Assembly: GCA_040387915.1 (NCBI GenBank)
Contig: JAZKCV010000008.1
Location: 104,638-168,637, forward strand
DNA length: 64,000 bases
Reading direction: 5' to 3'
Source: Pseudomonadota bacterium
GTDB taxonomy: Bacteria; Pseudomonadota; Alphaproteobacteria; Rhodobacterales; Rhodobacteraceae
Part shown: piece by piece, positions 36,178 through 45,935 of the stretch
Layout: each line of letters starts with the position of its first letter
How positions within the stretch are numbered: position 1 is the first letter of the stretch
The notes under the pieces: generated by a model
Seen by the model: the letters and a program-made list of their open reading frames with translations, nothing else
Database searches by the model: none
Told to the model about the DNA's origin: nothing
Position numbers and translations under genes: made by a program

Positions 36178-37560
36178 ATGCAGGGCTATACAAACGCCAA
36201 TGACATTTCTGCGGTGGTCGCCGCCGACAAGGCGCATGTTTGGCACCATCTGAGCCAGCACAAGGGCTACGAGACGCCCGACGTTGACCCTCGGATCATC
36301 GTTGAAGGCAAGGGTCTGCGGGTCTGGGATGCGCGCGGCAAGGAATATATCGACGCGGTGTCGGGGGCGGTCTGGACGGTGAACGTCGGCTATGGGCGCG
36401 AAAGCATCGCCAATGCGGTGCGCGATACCTTGTTGAAAATGAACTATTTTGCGGGCGTTGGCGGCTCTATTCCGGGGGCTTTGTTTGCCGAGCGGTTGAT
36501 CTCGAAAATGCCGGGGATGTCACGGGTGTATTATTCGAATTCGGGATCCGAGGCGAATGAGAAGGTCTACAAGATGGTGCGCCAGATCGCGCACAAGCAT
36601 CATGGCGGCAAGAAGTGGAAGATCCTGTACCGTGAGCGCGACTATCACGGCACCACGATTGGCACGCTTGCGACCAGCGGTCAGCTGGAGCGGGCGGCGC
36701 AGTATGGGCCATATCCCGACGGTTTCGTGATGGTGCCGCACTGCCTTGAGTATCGCAAGCAGTGGGATGTCGAGAACTACGGTGAGCGCGCGGCGGATGC
36801 GATTGAGGAAGTGATCCTGCGCGAAGGTGCGGATACGATTGGCGCTTTGGTGCTGGAGCCGGTGACGGCGGGCGGTGGGGTGATCACGCCGCCAACGGGC
36901 TATTGGGAGCGGGTTCAGGAAATCTGCAAGAAATACAATATCTTGCTGCATATTGATGAAGTGGTTTGTGGTGTTGGGCGGACGGGCACGTGGTTCGGTT
37001 ATCAGCACTACGGCATCAAGCCTGACTTCGTGACGATGGCGAAGGGTGTGGCCTCTGGCTATGCGGCGATTTCCTGCACGGTGACGACCGAAGCGGTGTT
37101 TGACATGTTCAAGGATGCGGGCGATCACATGTCGTATTTCCGCGACATCTCGACCTTTGGCGGCTGCACGGCGGGGCCTGCGGCGGCGCTGGAAAACATG
37201 CGGATCATCGAGGATGAGGGGCTGTTGGACAACACGTTGCGCATGGGTGCGCGGGTGATGGATAACCTCAACGCTTTGATGGAAAAGCACAAAGTTATCG
37301 GCGATGTGCGCGGCAAAGGATTGTTCTGCGGTGCGGAACTGGTGGCGGACCGTGCCACCAAGGAACCGATGGACGAGAAAAAGGTCGCCGCTGTGGTGGC
37401 TGCTTGCAACGCGCAGGGTGTAATTATTGGCATGACCAACCGCTCGATCCCCGGTTTGAACAATACTTTGTGCCTGTCGCCTGCGCTGATTGCAACGCCA
37501 GATGATATCGATCAGATCACCGGGGCGATTGATAACGCGCTGACGACGGTGTTTGGGTAA
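36178..37560 (+). CDS. tpa: class III (omega) aminotransferase, taurine:pyruvate aminotransferase-like
   Basis: 460 aa. PLP-fold class III motifs (YYSNSGSEANE; HIDEVVCGVGRTGTWFG; TMAKGVASGY with the PLP lysine). Genomic context with tauR, xsc and tauE. SD GAGG. Confidence 0.8.
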   Translation: MQGYTNANDISAVVAADKAHVWHHLSQHKGYETPDVDPRIIVEGKGLRVWDARGKEYIDAVSGAVWTVNVGYGRESIANAVRDTLLKMNYFAGVGGSIPGALFAERLISKMPGMSRVYYSNSGSEANEKVYKMVRQIAHKHHGGKKWKILYRERDYHGTTIGTLATSGQLERAAQYGPYPDGFVMVPHCLEYRKQWDVENYGERAADAIEEVILREGADTIGALVLEPVTAGGGVITPPTGYWERVQEICKKYNILLHIDEVVCGVGRTGTWFGYQHYGIKPDFVTMAKGVASGYAAISCTVTTEAVFDMFKDAGDHMSYFRDISTFGGCTAGPAAALENMRIIEDEGLLDNTLRMGARVMDNLNALMEKHKVIGDVRGKGLFCGAELVADRATKEPMDEKKVAAVVAACNAQGVIIGMTNRSIPGLNNTLCLSPALIATPDDIDQITGAIDNALTTVFG

Positions 37561-37587
37561 ACTATAGCCTAAATTTTCGCTTTCTGA

Positions 37588-37622
37588 CCCCGCGCCAGCT
37601 ACGGCGCGGGGTTTTGTGTTTT
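37588..37622 (+). terminator. rho-independent terminator after tpa
   Basis: CCCCGCGCC-agctac-GGCGCGGGG (9-bp stem) followed by TTTTGTGTTTT, 27 nt after the tpa stop. Confidence 0.75.
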
Positions 37623-37624
37623 GG

Positions 37625-37712
37625 TCATCCTCTCTGCTCAAATATCCCCGCCGGAGGCATTCGACATCTACGTAAAGAGCCTCCGGCGGGGATATTTGAG
37701 CAGAGAGGATGA
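37625..37712. repeat. perfect palindromic intergenic element (34-bp inverted arms around a 20-bp centre), member of the GGGATATTTGAGCAsAGAGGATGA repeat family
   Basis: TCATCCTCTCTGCTCAAATATCCCCGCCGGAGGC / attcgacatctacgtaaaga / GCCTCCGGCGGGGATATTTGAGCAGAGAGGATGA; the two arms are exact reverse complements. Lies between the tpa terminator and tauR. Confidence 0.8.
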
Positions 37713-37798
37713 ACCAAGAGTTCAGAGTGGTTGCAGGGCTTGACATTGCTTTGCCGCGCTCGGCTATAAGTCCAGAGTTGATTTGAAATGAGGCCAGA

Positions 37799-39259
37799 AT
37801 GTCGATCCCCGCCGAAGCTTTCGTCTTGCCGCCTGCGGGGCGTGGTACTTTGCAACAACGCATCCGGCAGATGGTGACGGAAGGTGTTTTGTCGGGGCGG
37901 TTCCGGGCCGGGCAGAAGATGCCATCGTCGCGCGGGTTGGCTGAGCATTTGGGAATTTCGCGCATCACGGTGACTTTGTCTTATGCCGAGTTGGTCAGTG
38001 CCGATTATCTGATGGCGCGGGGGCGGTCGGGGTATTTTATCAGCGAAAATGCCCCACGCGCGCCGGAATTGCAGGCGCGGGCTCCACGGGCCGAGGGGGT
38101 GGATTTCGCGGCGCTGACGGGGGGGCGGTTTTCGCGGCTGGCGACGGTCAAGCGGCCACTGGATTGGGAGAATTATCAGTTTCCATTCATTTATGGCCAA
38201 GCGGATGCCAGTCTGTTTGATCATCAGAACTGGCGTTTATGTGCCTTGCGGGCGTTGGGGCGCAAGGATTTCGCGGCGCTGACCAGCGATATGTATGACC
38301 GCGATGATCCGCTGTTGATCGAGCACTTGCTGCGATCCATCCTGCCCCGGCGCGGCATTGCGGCGCGCGAGGATGAGGTTTTGCTGACGATGGGCGCGCA
38401 GAATGCTTTGTGGATCACCACGGCGGTTCTGCTGGGCGCGGGGCGGCGGGCGGTGGTGGAAAATCCGGGCTATTCGGGGTTAAGGGGCGTTTTGGAGCCT
38501 TCGGGGACGGAAGTGATCTCGGTTGATGTCGATGCCGATGGGCTGCCGCCGGATCGTTTGCCTGCCGGGGTCGATGTGGTGTTTACCACGGCGAGCCACC
38601 AATGCCCGACCAATGCGACGATGCCGTTAGAGCGGCGGTTGGCGTTGTTGGAAGCGGCCTCGCGCGAGAATTTCGTGATTGTTGAGGATGATTACGAGTT
38701 TGAGATGTCGTTCCTGAAGCCGGTGTCTCCGGCGTTGAAATCGCTCGATAGCGAGGGGCGGGTGATTTACGCTGGGTCGTTTTCCAAGTCGGTGTTTCCG
38801 GGGATGCGGTTGGGCTATCTGGTGGGGCCTGCGAGTTTTATTCGCGAAGCGCGGGCGTTGCGGTTGATGATGCTGCGGCATCCGCCGGGGCATATTCAGC
38901 GGACAGTGGCGTATTTCCTTAGCCTTGGCCACTATGATGCGCTGATCAACCGGATGCGCAATGCCTATCGCAGGCGCAGGCAGGTGATGGAGGAAGCCAT
39001 TCGCGACAATGGTTTGGCGGTGGCGGGGCAGGGCGGCTTTGGCGGATCGAGTTTCTGGATGCGCGCGCCTGCGGGGGTGGACACGGAAGTTTTGGCCGAG
39101 GGGTTGCGGGCGGAAGGCGTGCTGATCGAGCCTGGGCGGGCGTTTTTTGACCCCGCCCAGGCACCGCTGAATTTCTATCGGCTGGGGTATTCGTCGATTT
39201 CGCCTGCGAAGATACCAGAGGGGATTGCGCGGATTGGGCGGGCTATTCGGGGGGCGTAA
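37799..39259 (+). CDS. tauR: MocR-subfamily GntR transcriptional regulator with aminotransferase-like domain (TauR-like)
   Basis: 486 aa. N-terminal GntR wHTH (LAEHLGISRITVTLSYAELVSADYL) and C-terminal fold-type I aminotransferase-like domain (YAGSFSKSVFPGMRLGY). Sits between tpa and xsc, as TauR does. SD GAGG. Confidence 0.75.
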   Translation: MSIPAEAFVLPPAGRGTLQQRIRQMVTEGVLSGRFRAGQKMPSSRGLAEHLGISRITVTLSYAELVSADYLMARGRSGYFISENAPRAPELQARAPRAEGVDFAALTGGRFSRLATVKRPLDWENYQFPFIYGQADASLFDHQNWRLCALRALGRKDFAALTSDMYDRDDPLLIEHLLRSILPRRGIAAREDEVLLTMGAQNALWITTAVLLGAGRRAVVENPGYSGLRGVLEPSGTEVISVDVDADGLPPDRLPAGVDVVFTTASHQCPTNATMPLERRLALLEAASRENFVIVEDDYEFEMSFLKPVSPALKSLDSEGRVIYAGSFSKSVFPGMRLGYLVGPASFIREARALRLMMLRHPPGHIQRTVAYFLSLGHYDALINRMRNAYRRRRQVMEEAIRDNGLAVAGQGGFGGSSFWMRAPAGVDTEVLAEGLRAEGVLIEPGRAFFDPAQAPLNFYRLGYSSISPAKIPEGIARIGRAIRGA

Positions 39260-39290
39260 GCGCTTGGGGCTGCTCGCCGGGGCCAGCCCC

Positions 39291-39310
39291 GGACCCCGGG
39301 ATATTTGAGC
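39291..39310 (+). repeat. truncated copy of the intergenic repeat core (GGACCCCGGGATATTTGAGC)
   Basis: Shares GGACCCC + GGGATATTTGAGC with copy B. Preceded by a GGGGCTG...CAGCCCC hairpin at 39266-39290. Confidence 0.5.
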
Positions 39311-39327
39311 CAGTATGAAAGCGGGGG

Positions 39328-39360
39328 CTGGACTTATGACGGTCTGCCTTCTGGCCCTAA
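39328..39360 (+). promoter_or_regulatory. candidate TauR operator upstream of xsc: CTGGACTTAT-N13-CTGGCCCTAA
   Basis: Same 10-bp repeat and the same 13-nt spacing as the site upstream of tpa, 58-90 bp upstream of the xsc ATG. Confidence 0.45.
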
Positions 39361-39417
39361 GGCGGGTTTGGGGCTGGGGGTAGAACGGCTGCAACAACGG
39401 ATTTCAGGAGAGATGCC

Positions 39418-41190
39418 ATGCGGATGACCACAGAAGAAGCCTTTGTCAAAGTGCTGCAAATGCATGGGATCGAACATGCGTTCGGGATTATTGGCTCGGC
39501 TTTCATGCCGATTTCTGATCTGTTTCCAAGGGCGGGGATCACGTTCTGGGACTGCGCGCATGAAGGTTCGGGCGGGATGATGGCGGATGGTTACACCCGC
39601 GCCACTGGCAAGATGTCGATGATGATTGCGCAGAATGGGCCGGGGATTACCAACTTTGTGACGGCCGTGAAGACCGCCTATTGGAACCACACGCCGCTGT
39701 TGCTGGTGACGCCACAAGCGGCGAACAAGACCATTGGCATGGGCGGCTTTCAGGAAGTTGAGCAGATGGCGCTGTTCGCCGATATGGTGGCCTATCAGGA
39801 AGAGGTGCGCGACCCGTCCCGCGTGGCGGAAGTGCTGAACCGGGTGATTATCAATGCCAAGCGGGCCTCGGCACCGGCGCAGATCAACATGCCGCGCGAT
39901 TACTGGACGCAAGTGATCGACATTGATCTGCCCGCGATTGTGGAGTTTGAGCGGCCTTCGGGTGGGGAAGCTGCGATCAATGCGGCGGCGGAGTTGCTGT
40001 CGAGCGCGAAGTTTCCGGTGATTTTGAATGGTGCGGGTGTGGTGCTGGGTGGGGCTATTCCGGCGAGCATGGCTTTGGCGGAACGCTTGGATGCGCCGGT
40101 TTGTGTGGGGTATCAGCATAACGATGCGTTTCCCGGTTCGCACCCGCTGTTTGCCGGGCCTTTGGGCTATAATGGCAGCAAGGCGGCAATGGAGTTGATT
40201 TCTGCTGCAGATGTGGTATTCTGTCTGGGTACCCGATTGAACCCGTTTTCAACGCTTCCCGGATACGCGCTGGACTATTGGCCTAAACAGGCCAAGATCA
40301 TCCAAGTCGATATTAACCCTGATCGGATCGGGTTAACGAAGAAGGTGACTGTTGGCATTGTCGGCGACTCCAAGAAGGTCGCCGAGGCGGTTTTGGCGCG
40401 GTTAGCCTCTACCGCTGGTGATCATGCGCGCAGTGAACGTAAAGCCAAGATCGCGCAGACCAAATCGGCATGGGCGCAGGGTTTGTCGAGCATGGATCAC
40501 GAGGAAGACGACGCGGGCACCACATGGAATCAGCGGGCGCGGGCGGATAAGCCGGACTGGATGAGTCCCCGGATGGCGTGGCGGGCGATTCAGGCGGCTT
40601 TGCCGAAAGAGGCGATTATTTCTTCGGACATCGGCAACAACTGCGCGATTGGCAATGCTTATCCGACTTTTGAGGCGGGGCGGAAGTATCTGGCGCCCGG
40701 TCTGTTCGGGCCTTGCGGTTACGGCCTGCCTGCGGTGGTTGGCGCGAAAATCGGCTGCCCGGACGTGCCGGTGGTGGGCTTTTCGGGTGACGGGGCGTTT
40801 GGCATCGCGGTGACGGAACTGACGGCGATTGGCCGGGGCGAATGGCCTGCGATCACGCAAGTTGTGTTCCGCAATTACCAGTGGGGGGCGGAGAAGCGTA
40901 ACTCGACCTTGTGGTATGACGATAACTTTGTGGGCACCGAATTGGACACGCAGGTGTCTTATGCTGGGATTGCAAAGGCTTGTGGGCTGCAAGGCGTTGT
41001 GGCGCGGACGATGGATGAGCTGACGGAAGCGCTGCGGCAGGCGATTGTTGACCAGAAGGCGGGCAAGACCACGCTGATTGAGGCTATGATCAATCAGGAG
41101 TTGGGTGAGCCGTTCCGCCGCGATGCGATGAAGAAACCTGTGGCGGTGGCGGGGATTTCGGCGGCTGATATGCGCAAGCAGGTGGTTTGA
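39418..41190 (+). CDS. xsc: sulfoacetaldehyde acetyltransferase (TPP-dependent)
   Basis: 590 aa. N-terminus MRMTTEEAFVKVLQMHGIEHAFGIIGSAFMPISDLFP closely matches my memory of Roseobacter Xsc. TPP-binding GDGAFG region. SD CAGGAG. Confidence 0.85.
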   Translation: MRMTTEEAFVKVLQMHGIEHAFGIIGSAFMPISDLFPRAGITFWDCAHEGSGGMMADGYTRATGKMSMMIAQNGPGITNFVTAVKTAYWNHTPLLLVTPQAANKTIGMGGFQEVEQMALFADMVAYQEEVRDPSRVAEVLNRVIINAKRASAPAQINMPRDYWTQVIDIDLPAIVEFERPSGGEAAINAAAELLSSAKFPVILNGAGVVLGGAIPASMALAERLDAPVCVGYQHNDAFPGSHPLFAGPLGYNGSKAAMELISAADVVFCLGTRLNPFSTLPGYALDYWPKQAKIIQVDINPDRIGLTKKVTVGIVGDSKKVAEAVLARLASTAGDHARSERKAKIAQTKSAWAQGLSSMDHEEDDAGTTWNQRARADKPDWMSPRMAWRAIQAALPKEAIISSDIGNNCAIGNAYPTFEAGRKYLAPGLFGPCGYGLPAVVGAKIGCPDVPVVGFSGDGAFGIAVTELTAIGRGEWPAITQVVFRNYQWGAEKRNSTLWYDDNFVGTELDTQVSYAGIAKACGLQGVVARTMDELTEALRQAIVDQKAGKTTLIEAMINQELGEPFRRDAMKKPVAVAGISAADMRKQVV

Positions 41191-41930
41191 TGCCGTTTGA
41201 TCTGGGGCTGGGGGCGAGCGTATGGATGGCGGTGGCGATCTTGGTCGCGGCCTTCATCCGGGGCTATTCCGGCTTTGGCTATTCGGCGATGGTGATTGCG
41301 GCCTCGGGGGTTGTCACCAATCCGCTGCATTTTGTGGCGGTGGTGGTGATCTTGGAGACCGCGATGAGCCTGCAAGCCGCGCGCGGCATTGGCAAAGATG
41401 TCGACTGGCGCAGGGTTTGGCTGATGCTGGCGGGGGCGGCGGTGGGGCTGCCTTTGGGGCTGTGGGCGCTGACCGGGATCAGTGAAGAAGCGGCACGGGC
41501 GGCAATTTCGGTCTATATTCTGCTGATGTGCGGGGTGTTGCTGGCGGGCTGGCGGCTGAAATCGGAGGTGCGGGGGGCGGGTAATCTGGCGGCGGGGGTG
41601 GTCTCGGGCCTTGCCAATGCGCCGGGGATGGGGGGCTTGCCGATTGCGGCTTTCTTTGCCGCACAACCGATGCAGGCGGCGACGTTTCGCGCCACATTGA
41701 TCGCGTTTTTCCCGCTGCTCGATCTCTATTCCGGGCCTTTGTATTGGTGGCACGGGCTGGTGACATGGGACACACTTTGGGCGGCGCTGGCCGCCTTGCC
41801 GCTGACGTTCTTGGGTAACTGGCTGGGATCGCGGCATTTTCTGAACACCGATCCGCGGGATTTCCGCCGCTTTGCGATTTTGCTGCTGGGCGGGCTGGCG
41901 GTGATGGGACTGATCAAGGCGGTGATTTAG
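41190..41930 (+). CDS. tauE: sulfite exporter TauE/SafE family membrane protein
   Basis: First ATG at 41190 overlaps the xsc stop by 1 nt (the ORF-track start at 41187 is TTG). 246 aa, about 7-8 TM, internally duplicated DUF81 architecture. Confidence 0.75.
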   Translation: MPFDLGLGASVWMAVAILVAAFIRGYSGFGYSAMVIAASGVVTNPLHFVAVVVILETAMSLQAARGIGKDVDWRRVWLMLAGAAVGLPLGLWALTGISEEAARAAISVYILLMCGVLLAGWRLKSEVRGAGNLAAGVVSGLANAPGMGGLPIAAFFAAQPMQAATFRATLIAFFPLLDLYSGPLYWWHGLVTWDTLWAALAALPLTFLGNWLGSRHFLNTDPRDFRRFAILLLGGLAVMGLIKAVI

Positions 41931-43001
41931 ATGTTGCTGGTGGTCAATGCCGGCTCATCTTCGATCAAACTTGCGGTGTTTGACGCGGAGTTGCGCGAGG
42001 TTATGGCGGGGTCTGTCACCGAGATTGGCGGTGCGGGGCGGTTGAGCCTTGGCGCGGTTGCACGCGATTGTGCGGCGGCGGATCATCGCGCGGCCTTGGC
42101 TTTGGCGTTTGAGGCGATGGCGGCGCAGGGCGTGGGCTTGGGCGATCTTTCGGCTGCGGCGCATCGGGTGGTGCATGGCGGCGAGGCTTTGGTGCGCCCG
42201 ATGCGGGTGACGGCGGCGGTGATTGCGGGGATTGAGGCTTGTGTGCCGCTCGCGCCGTTGCACAATCCGGGCAATCTGACGGCGATACGGGCTTTGCAGG
42301 CTCTGGCTCCTGATCTGCCGCAGTTTGTCAGTTTTGACACGGCGTTTCATGCGACGAACCCGGAGGTGGCGGTGACTTATGCCTTGCCCGTGGCAGAGCG
42401 GGCGCGCGGGCTGCGGCGCTATGGCTTTCATGGCATCAGTTATGATGGATTGGTGCGGCATTTGCAGGGTTTGGAGGCGCTGCCCGAGCGATTGTTGGCG
42501 CTGCATTTGGGCAATGGGGCCTCGCTTTGTGCGATCCGTGATGGCGTTTCGGTGGCGACGACGATGGGCTATTCGCCGCTGGATGGTATCACCATGGGGA
42601 CGCGAACGGGCGGCATCGACGGCAATGCGGTGCTGCGGCTGGCGGAGTTGCACGGCATCGCGGGCGCTGGGCGGATTTTGAACCGCGAAAGCGGGTTGCT
42701 GGGCCTTGGCGGCTATAGTGACATGCGGGCCTTGCACGCGGCGGGCTCGGCAGAGGCGGCGCTTGCGGTGGAGCATTTCTGCTATTGGGCGGTGCGACAC
42801 GCAGGGTCAATGATCGCGGCGATGGGCGGGCTTGATGGCATCGCTTTCACCGGCGGCATTGGCGAGAATGATGCTGTGGTGCGCGGTCGGATCGTTGGAG
42901 GTTTGGCTTGGGCGGGGGCGGTGCCTGTGCATATCGTGGCGGCTGCGGAGGAACGCTCGATCGCGGCGCAGGCTTTGGCTTTGTTGCGGGCGGGTTTGTA
43001 A
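41931..43001 (+). CDS. ackA: acetate kinase
   Basis: N-terminus MLLVVNAGSSSIKLAVF (the acetate/propionate kinase signature). ASKHA-fold motifs (RYGFHGISY, IAFTGGIGEN). ATG immediately follows the tauE stop. Confidence 0.8.
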   Translation: MLLVVNAGSSSIKLAVFDAELREVMAGSVTEIGGAGRLSLGAVARDCAAADHRAALALAFEAMAAQGVGLGDLSAAAHRVVHGGEALVRPMRVTAAVIAGIEACVPLAPLHNPGNLTAIRALQALAPDLPQFVSFDTAFHATNPEVAVTYALPVAERARGLRRYGFHGISYDGLVRHLQGLEALPERLLALHLGNGASLCAIRDGVSVATTMGYSPLDGITMGTRTGGIDGNAVLRLAELHGIAGAGRILNRESGLLGLGGYSDMRALHAAGSAEAALAVEHFCYWAVRHAGSMIAAMGGLDGIAFTGGIGENDAVVRGRIVGGLAWAGAVPVHIVAAAEERSIAAQALALLRAGL

Positions 43002-43151
43002 GCCCATGCGCTGCGTGGGTTTTTCTGCATTTTCAGGCTGGGAGCGGACATTTTTCTGCGATTGCGGTGATTGTCGCAACTGTGTGTCGCAATCAGGCTT
43101 GTTTGGCGAAAAACTTCCGTCCAGATTGGGGCGAAGACGCAAGGGGGCGCG

Positions 43152-45935
43152 ATGAGTATTCAGCCAAAGATTGACACCTCGCCCCCGGTTTCGGACGAAA
43201 TCCGCAAGACCACGTGCTATATGTGTGCTTGCCGGTGTGGGATCAATGTTCATCTGAAGGAGGGGCGCGTCAGCTATATCGAGGGCAACCGCGACCATCC
43301 GATCAACAAGGGCGTGCTCTGTGCCAAGGGTGCAAGCGGCATCATGCAGGTGACGGCACCGTCGCGGTTGCGCGCACCTTTAAAGCGGGTCGGGCCGCGT
43401 GGGTCGGGGGCGTTTGAGGAGATTTCTTGGGACGAGGCTTTGGCGCTGGCAGTGTCGTGGATGCAGCCTTTGCGCGAAACCGCGCCCGAAAAGTTGGCGT
43501 TTTTCACCGGGCGGGATCAATCGCAAAGCTTTACCGGCTGGTGGGCGCAGGCGTTTGGCACACCGAATTATGCGGCCCATGGCGGGTTTTGCTCGGTCAA
43601 TATGGCGGCGGGCGGGATTTACACCATCGGCGGTGCGTTCTGGGAATTTGGCCAGCCTGATTGGGAGCGTACCAAGCTGTTCGTGCTGTTCGGTGTGGCG
43701 GAGGATCATGACAGCAACCCGATCAAGATTGGTCTGGGCAAGCTGAAAGAACGCGGCGCGCGGGTGATCGGCGTTAACCCTATTCGCACCGGCTATAATG
43801 CGGTGGCGGATGATTGGCTGGGCATCACGCCGGGCACCGATGGGCTGCTGATCCTGTCGCTGATCCACTGTCTGCTTGCGGCGGGGAAGGTCGATCTGGA
43901 CTACCTCGGGCGGTTCACCAATGCGCCCTTGCTGGTGGTGGAGGAGGGCCCGGAAAAGGGCATGATCGCGAAGAATGCCGAAAGCCAACCCTTTGTGATT
44001 GATCGCAGAACTGGCGCGCCCGCTCCTTGGGATGGCAAGGGCGTGCAGCCCGATCTGGGGGCTACATATCAGGGCAACCGCACGGTGTTTCAGCATATGG
44101 CTGAGAAATATCTGTCGGATGACTATGCCCCCGAAGCGGTGGCCGCGCGTTGCGGCATTGCGGCGGACCGCATCCGGGCGCTGGCGGCGGAACTTGCGCA
44201 GGTGGCCTTTGATCAGGCGATTGAAATCAACCAATCCTGGACGGATTTTCGCGGCGATTTTCACGCCACCATGCCGGGTCGGCCTGTCAGTTTCCACGCC
44301 ATGCGCGGGATTTCGGCGCATTCCAACGGCTTTCAAACCGCGCGCGCGCTGCATCTGTTGCAGATCGTTTTGGGCACGGTCGAGGTGCCCGGCGGCTACC
44401 GTCTGAAGCCGCCCTATCCGAAACCGATGGAGGCGCATCCGACGCCGCATTTCGTCACCGCCCCCGGAAAACCGTTGTCTGGGCCACACTTAGGCTATGT
44501 GCGGGGCCCGGAAAATCTGGCGTTGAAGGAAGACGGCAGCCCCGTGCGGATCGACAAAGCGTTCACGTGGGAGAACCCGTTTTCGGCGCATGGGCTGATG
44601 CATATGCTGATCCCGAATGCCCATGCCGGCGACCCCTACAAAATTGATACGCTGTTCTTGTATATGGCCAACATGGCGTGGAATTCTTCGATGAACTCCG
44701 CTAAGGTCTTGGAAATGCTGACAGATAAAGCGCCGAATGGGGAGTATATTATCCCCCGTATCATCTATTCTGACGCCTATGCATCGGAAATGGTGGCCTA
44801 TGCCGATCTGATTCTGCCGGATACCACCTATTTGGAGCGTCACGATTGTATCAGCCTGCTGGATCGCCCGATTTCGGAGCCCGATGCGGCGGGTGATTCT
44901 ATTCGCTGGCCGGTGGTGGAGCCTGATCGTGACGTGCGACCGTTTCAATCGGTGCTGCTGGATTTGGGAGCGCGGTTGGGGCTGGCGCCTATGGTTAAGG
45001 AAGATGGCTCGCCGAAGTATAAGGACTACGCCGACTACATCGTGAACCATATTCGCCGCCCCGGCGTCGGGCCGCTGATCGGTTTTCGCGGCGATGGCAC
45101 GCAGGAAGGGCGCGGCGCGGCCAACCCGGATCAACTGGCGCGCTACATCGAAAACGGTGGGTTTTATCAAGCCCATGTGCCCGAGGAGGCTGCCTTCTAC
45201 AAGCCGTGGAATATGGCCTATCAGGATTGGGCGGTGAAAACCTCGTTCTACGAGAGCCCGCAGCCCTATCTGTTTTCAATCTGGTCGGAACCAATGCGCA
45301 AATTCCAGATGGCGGCTGAGGGGCTTGGCAGCATCCAGCCGCCCGATCATCTGCGCGCGCGGCTGAAACAGGCGATGGAGCCGCTGCCGATCTGGTATCC
45401 GCCGTTTGGCGATCTGGAGGCCACGGGCTGGGGCTATCCGGTGCATGCGATCACGCAGCGCCCGATGGATATGTATCATTCCTGGGGCAGCCAGAACGCT
45501 TGGCTGCGGCAAATCCGGGGCACGAATTTCCTGTATCTGCCGACAAAAATCTGGGTAGAACAAGGTTTTACCGAAGGCGATTATGCCCGCGTGATCTCGC
45601 CCAACGGTGGTATCACGGTGCCCGTTGCACATATGGCTGCACTGAATGAAAACACGGTTTGGACGTGGAATGCGATTGGCAAACGCAAGGGGGCTTGGGC
45701 GCTGGATGAGGGCGCGAGTGAGGCCACGACGGGGTTTTTGCTCAATCATCTGATCTCAGAACTGTTGCCGGACAAGGGCGATGGCGCGCGGTTGTCCAAC
45801 TCGGATCCGGTCACCGGGCAAGCGGCATGGTTCGATTTGCGGGTGCGGATTGAGCGGGTGGGGGCAAAGGCGCAATCGGAACCTAGCTTCGCGCCGATCC
45901 CGCGCGTGGTGCCACAGGGGAAGGAGCGCGCATGA
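43152..45935 (+). CDS. soeA: molybdopterin (bis-MGD) oxidoreductase catalytic subunit, cytoplasmic sulfite dehydrogenase SoeA-like
   Basis: Start at ATG 43152 (SD AAGGGGG; the ORF-track start at 43071 is an upstream extension). N-terminal 4Fe-4S motif CYMCACRCGINVHLKEGRVSYIEGNRDHPINKGVLCAKG, no Tat signal, about 927 aa. Adjacent to the sulfoacetaldehyde genes. Confidence 0.7.
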   Translation: MSIQPKIDTSPPVSDEIRKTTCYMCACRCGINVHLKEGRVSYIEGNRDHPINKGVLCAKGASGIMQVTAPSRLRAPLKRVGPRGSGAFEEISWDEALALAVSWMQPLRETAPEKLAFFTGRDQSQSFTGWWAQAFGTPNYAAHGGFCSVNMAAGGIYTIGGAFWEFGQPDWERTKLFVLFGVAEDHDSNPIKIGLGKLKERGARVIGVNPIRTGYNAVADDWLGITPGTDGLLILSLIHCLLAAGKVDLDYLGRFTNAPLLVVEEGPEKGMIAKNAESQPFVIDRRTGAPAPWDGKGVQPDLGATYQGNRTVFQHMAEKYLSDDYAPEAVAARCGIAADRIRALAAELAQVAFDQAIEINQSWTDFRGDFHATMPGRPVSFHAMRGISAHSNGFQTARALHLLQIVLGTVEVPGGYRLKPPYPKPMEAHPTPHFVTAPGKPLSGPHLGYVRGPENLALKEDGSPVRIDKAFTWENPFSAHGLMHMLIPNAHAGDPYKIDTLFLYMANMAWNSSMNSAKVLEMLTDKAPNGEYIIPRIIYSDAYASEMVAYADLILPDTTYLERHDCISLLDRPISEPDAAGDSIRWPVVEPDRDVRPFQSVLLDLGARLGLAPMVKEDGSPKYKDYADYIVNHIRRPGVGPLIGFRGDGTQEGRGAANPDQLARYIENGGFYQAHVPEEAAFYKPWNMAYQDWAVKTSFYESPQPYLFSIWSEPMRKFQMAAEGLGSIQPPDHLRARLKQAMEPLPIWYPPFGDLEATGWGYPVHAITQRPMDMYHSWGSQNAWLRQIRGTNFLYLPTKIWVEQGFTEGDYARVISPNGGITVPVAHMAALNENTVWTWNAIGKRKGAWALDEGASEATTGFLLNHLISELLPDKGDGARLSNSDPVTGQAAWFDLRVRIERVGAKAQSEPSFAPIPRVVPQGKERA

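Noticed and set aside
39291-39310. Treating the short GGACCCCGGGATATTTGAGC segment as a full repeat-element copy
   Set aside because: Only the 5' half of the core is present, and it abuts the candidate TauR box. It is reported only as a truncated copy with low confidence.
43071-43151. Upstream in-frame extensions offered by the ORF track for soeA, and similarly for yjfF (11499), the GntR gene (12535), galM (13304), the kinase (47427), DmgdH (48298), the TIM-barrel isomerase (52181), LysR (27552), DUF1028 (28196), the HIBADH-family gene (23333) and SDR (62008)
   Set aside because: Each extension overlaps the preceding gene or an intergenic repeat/terminator and lacks an SD. The internal ATG has a good SD and gives the family-typical N-terminus (HTH, Rossmann, signal peptide).
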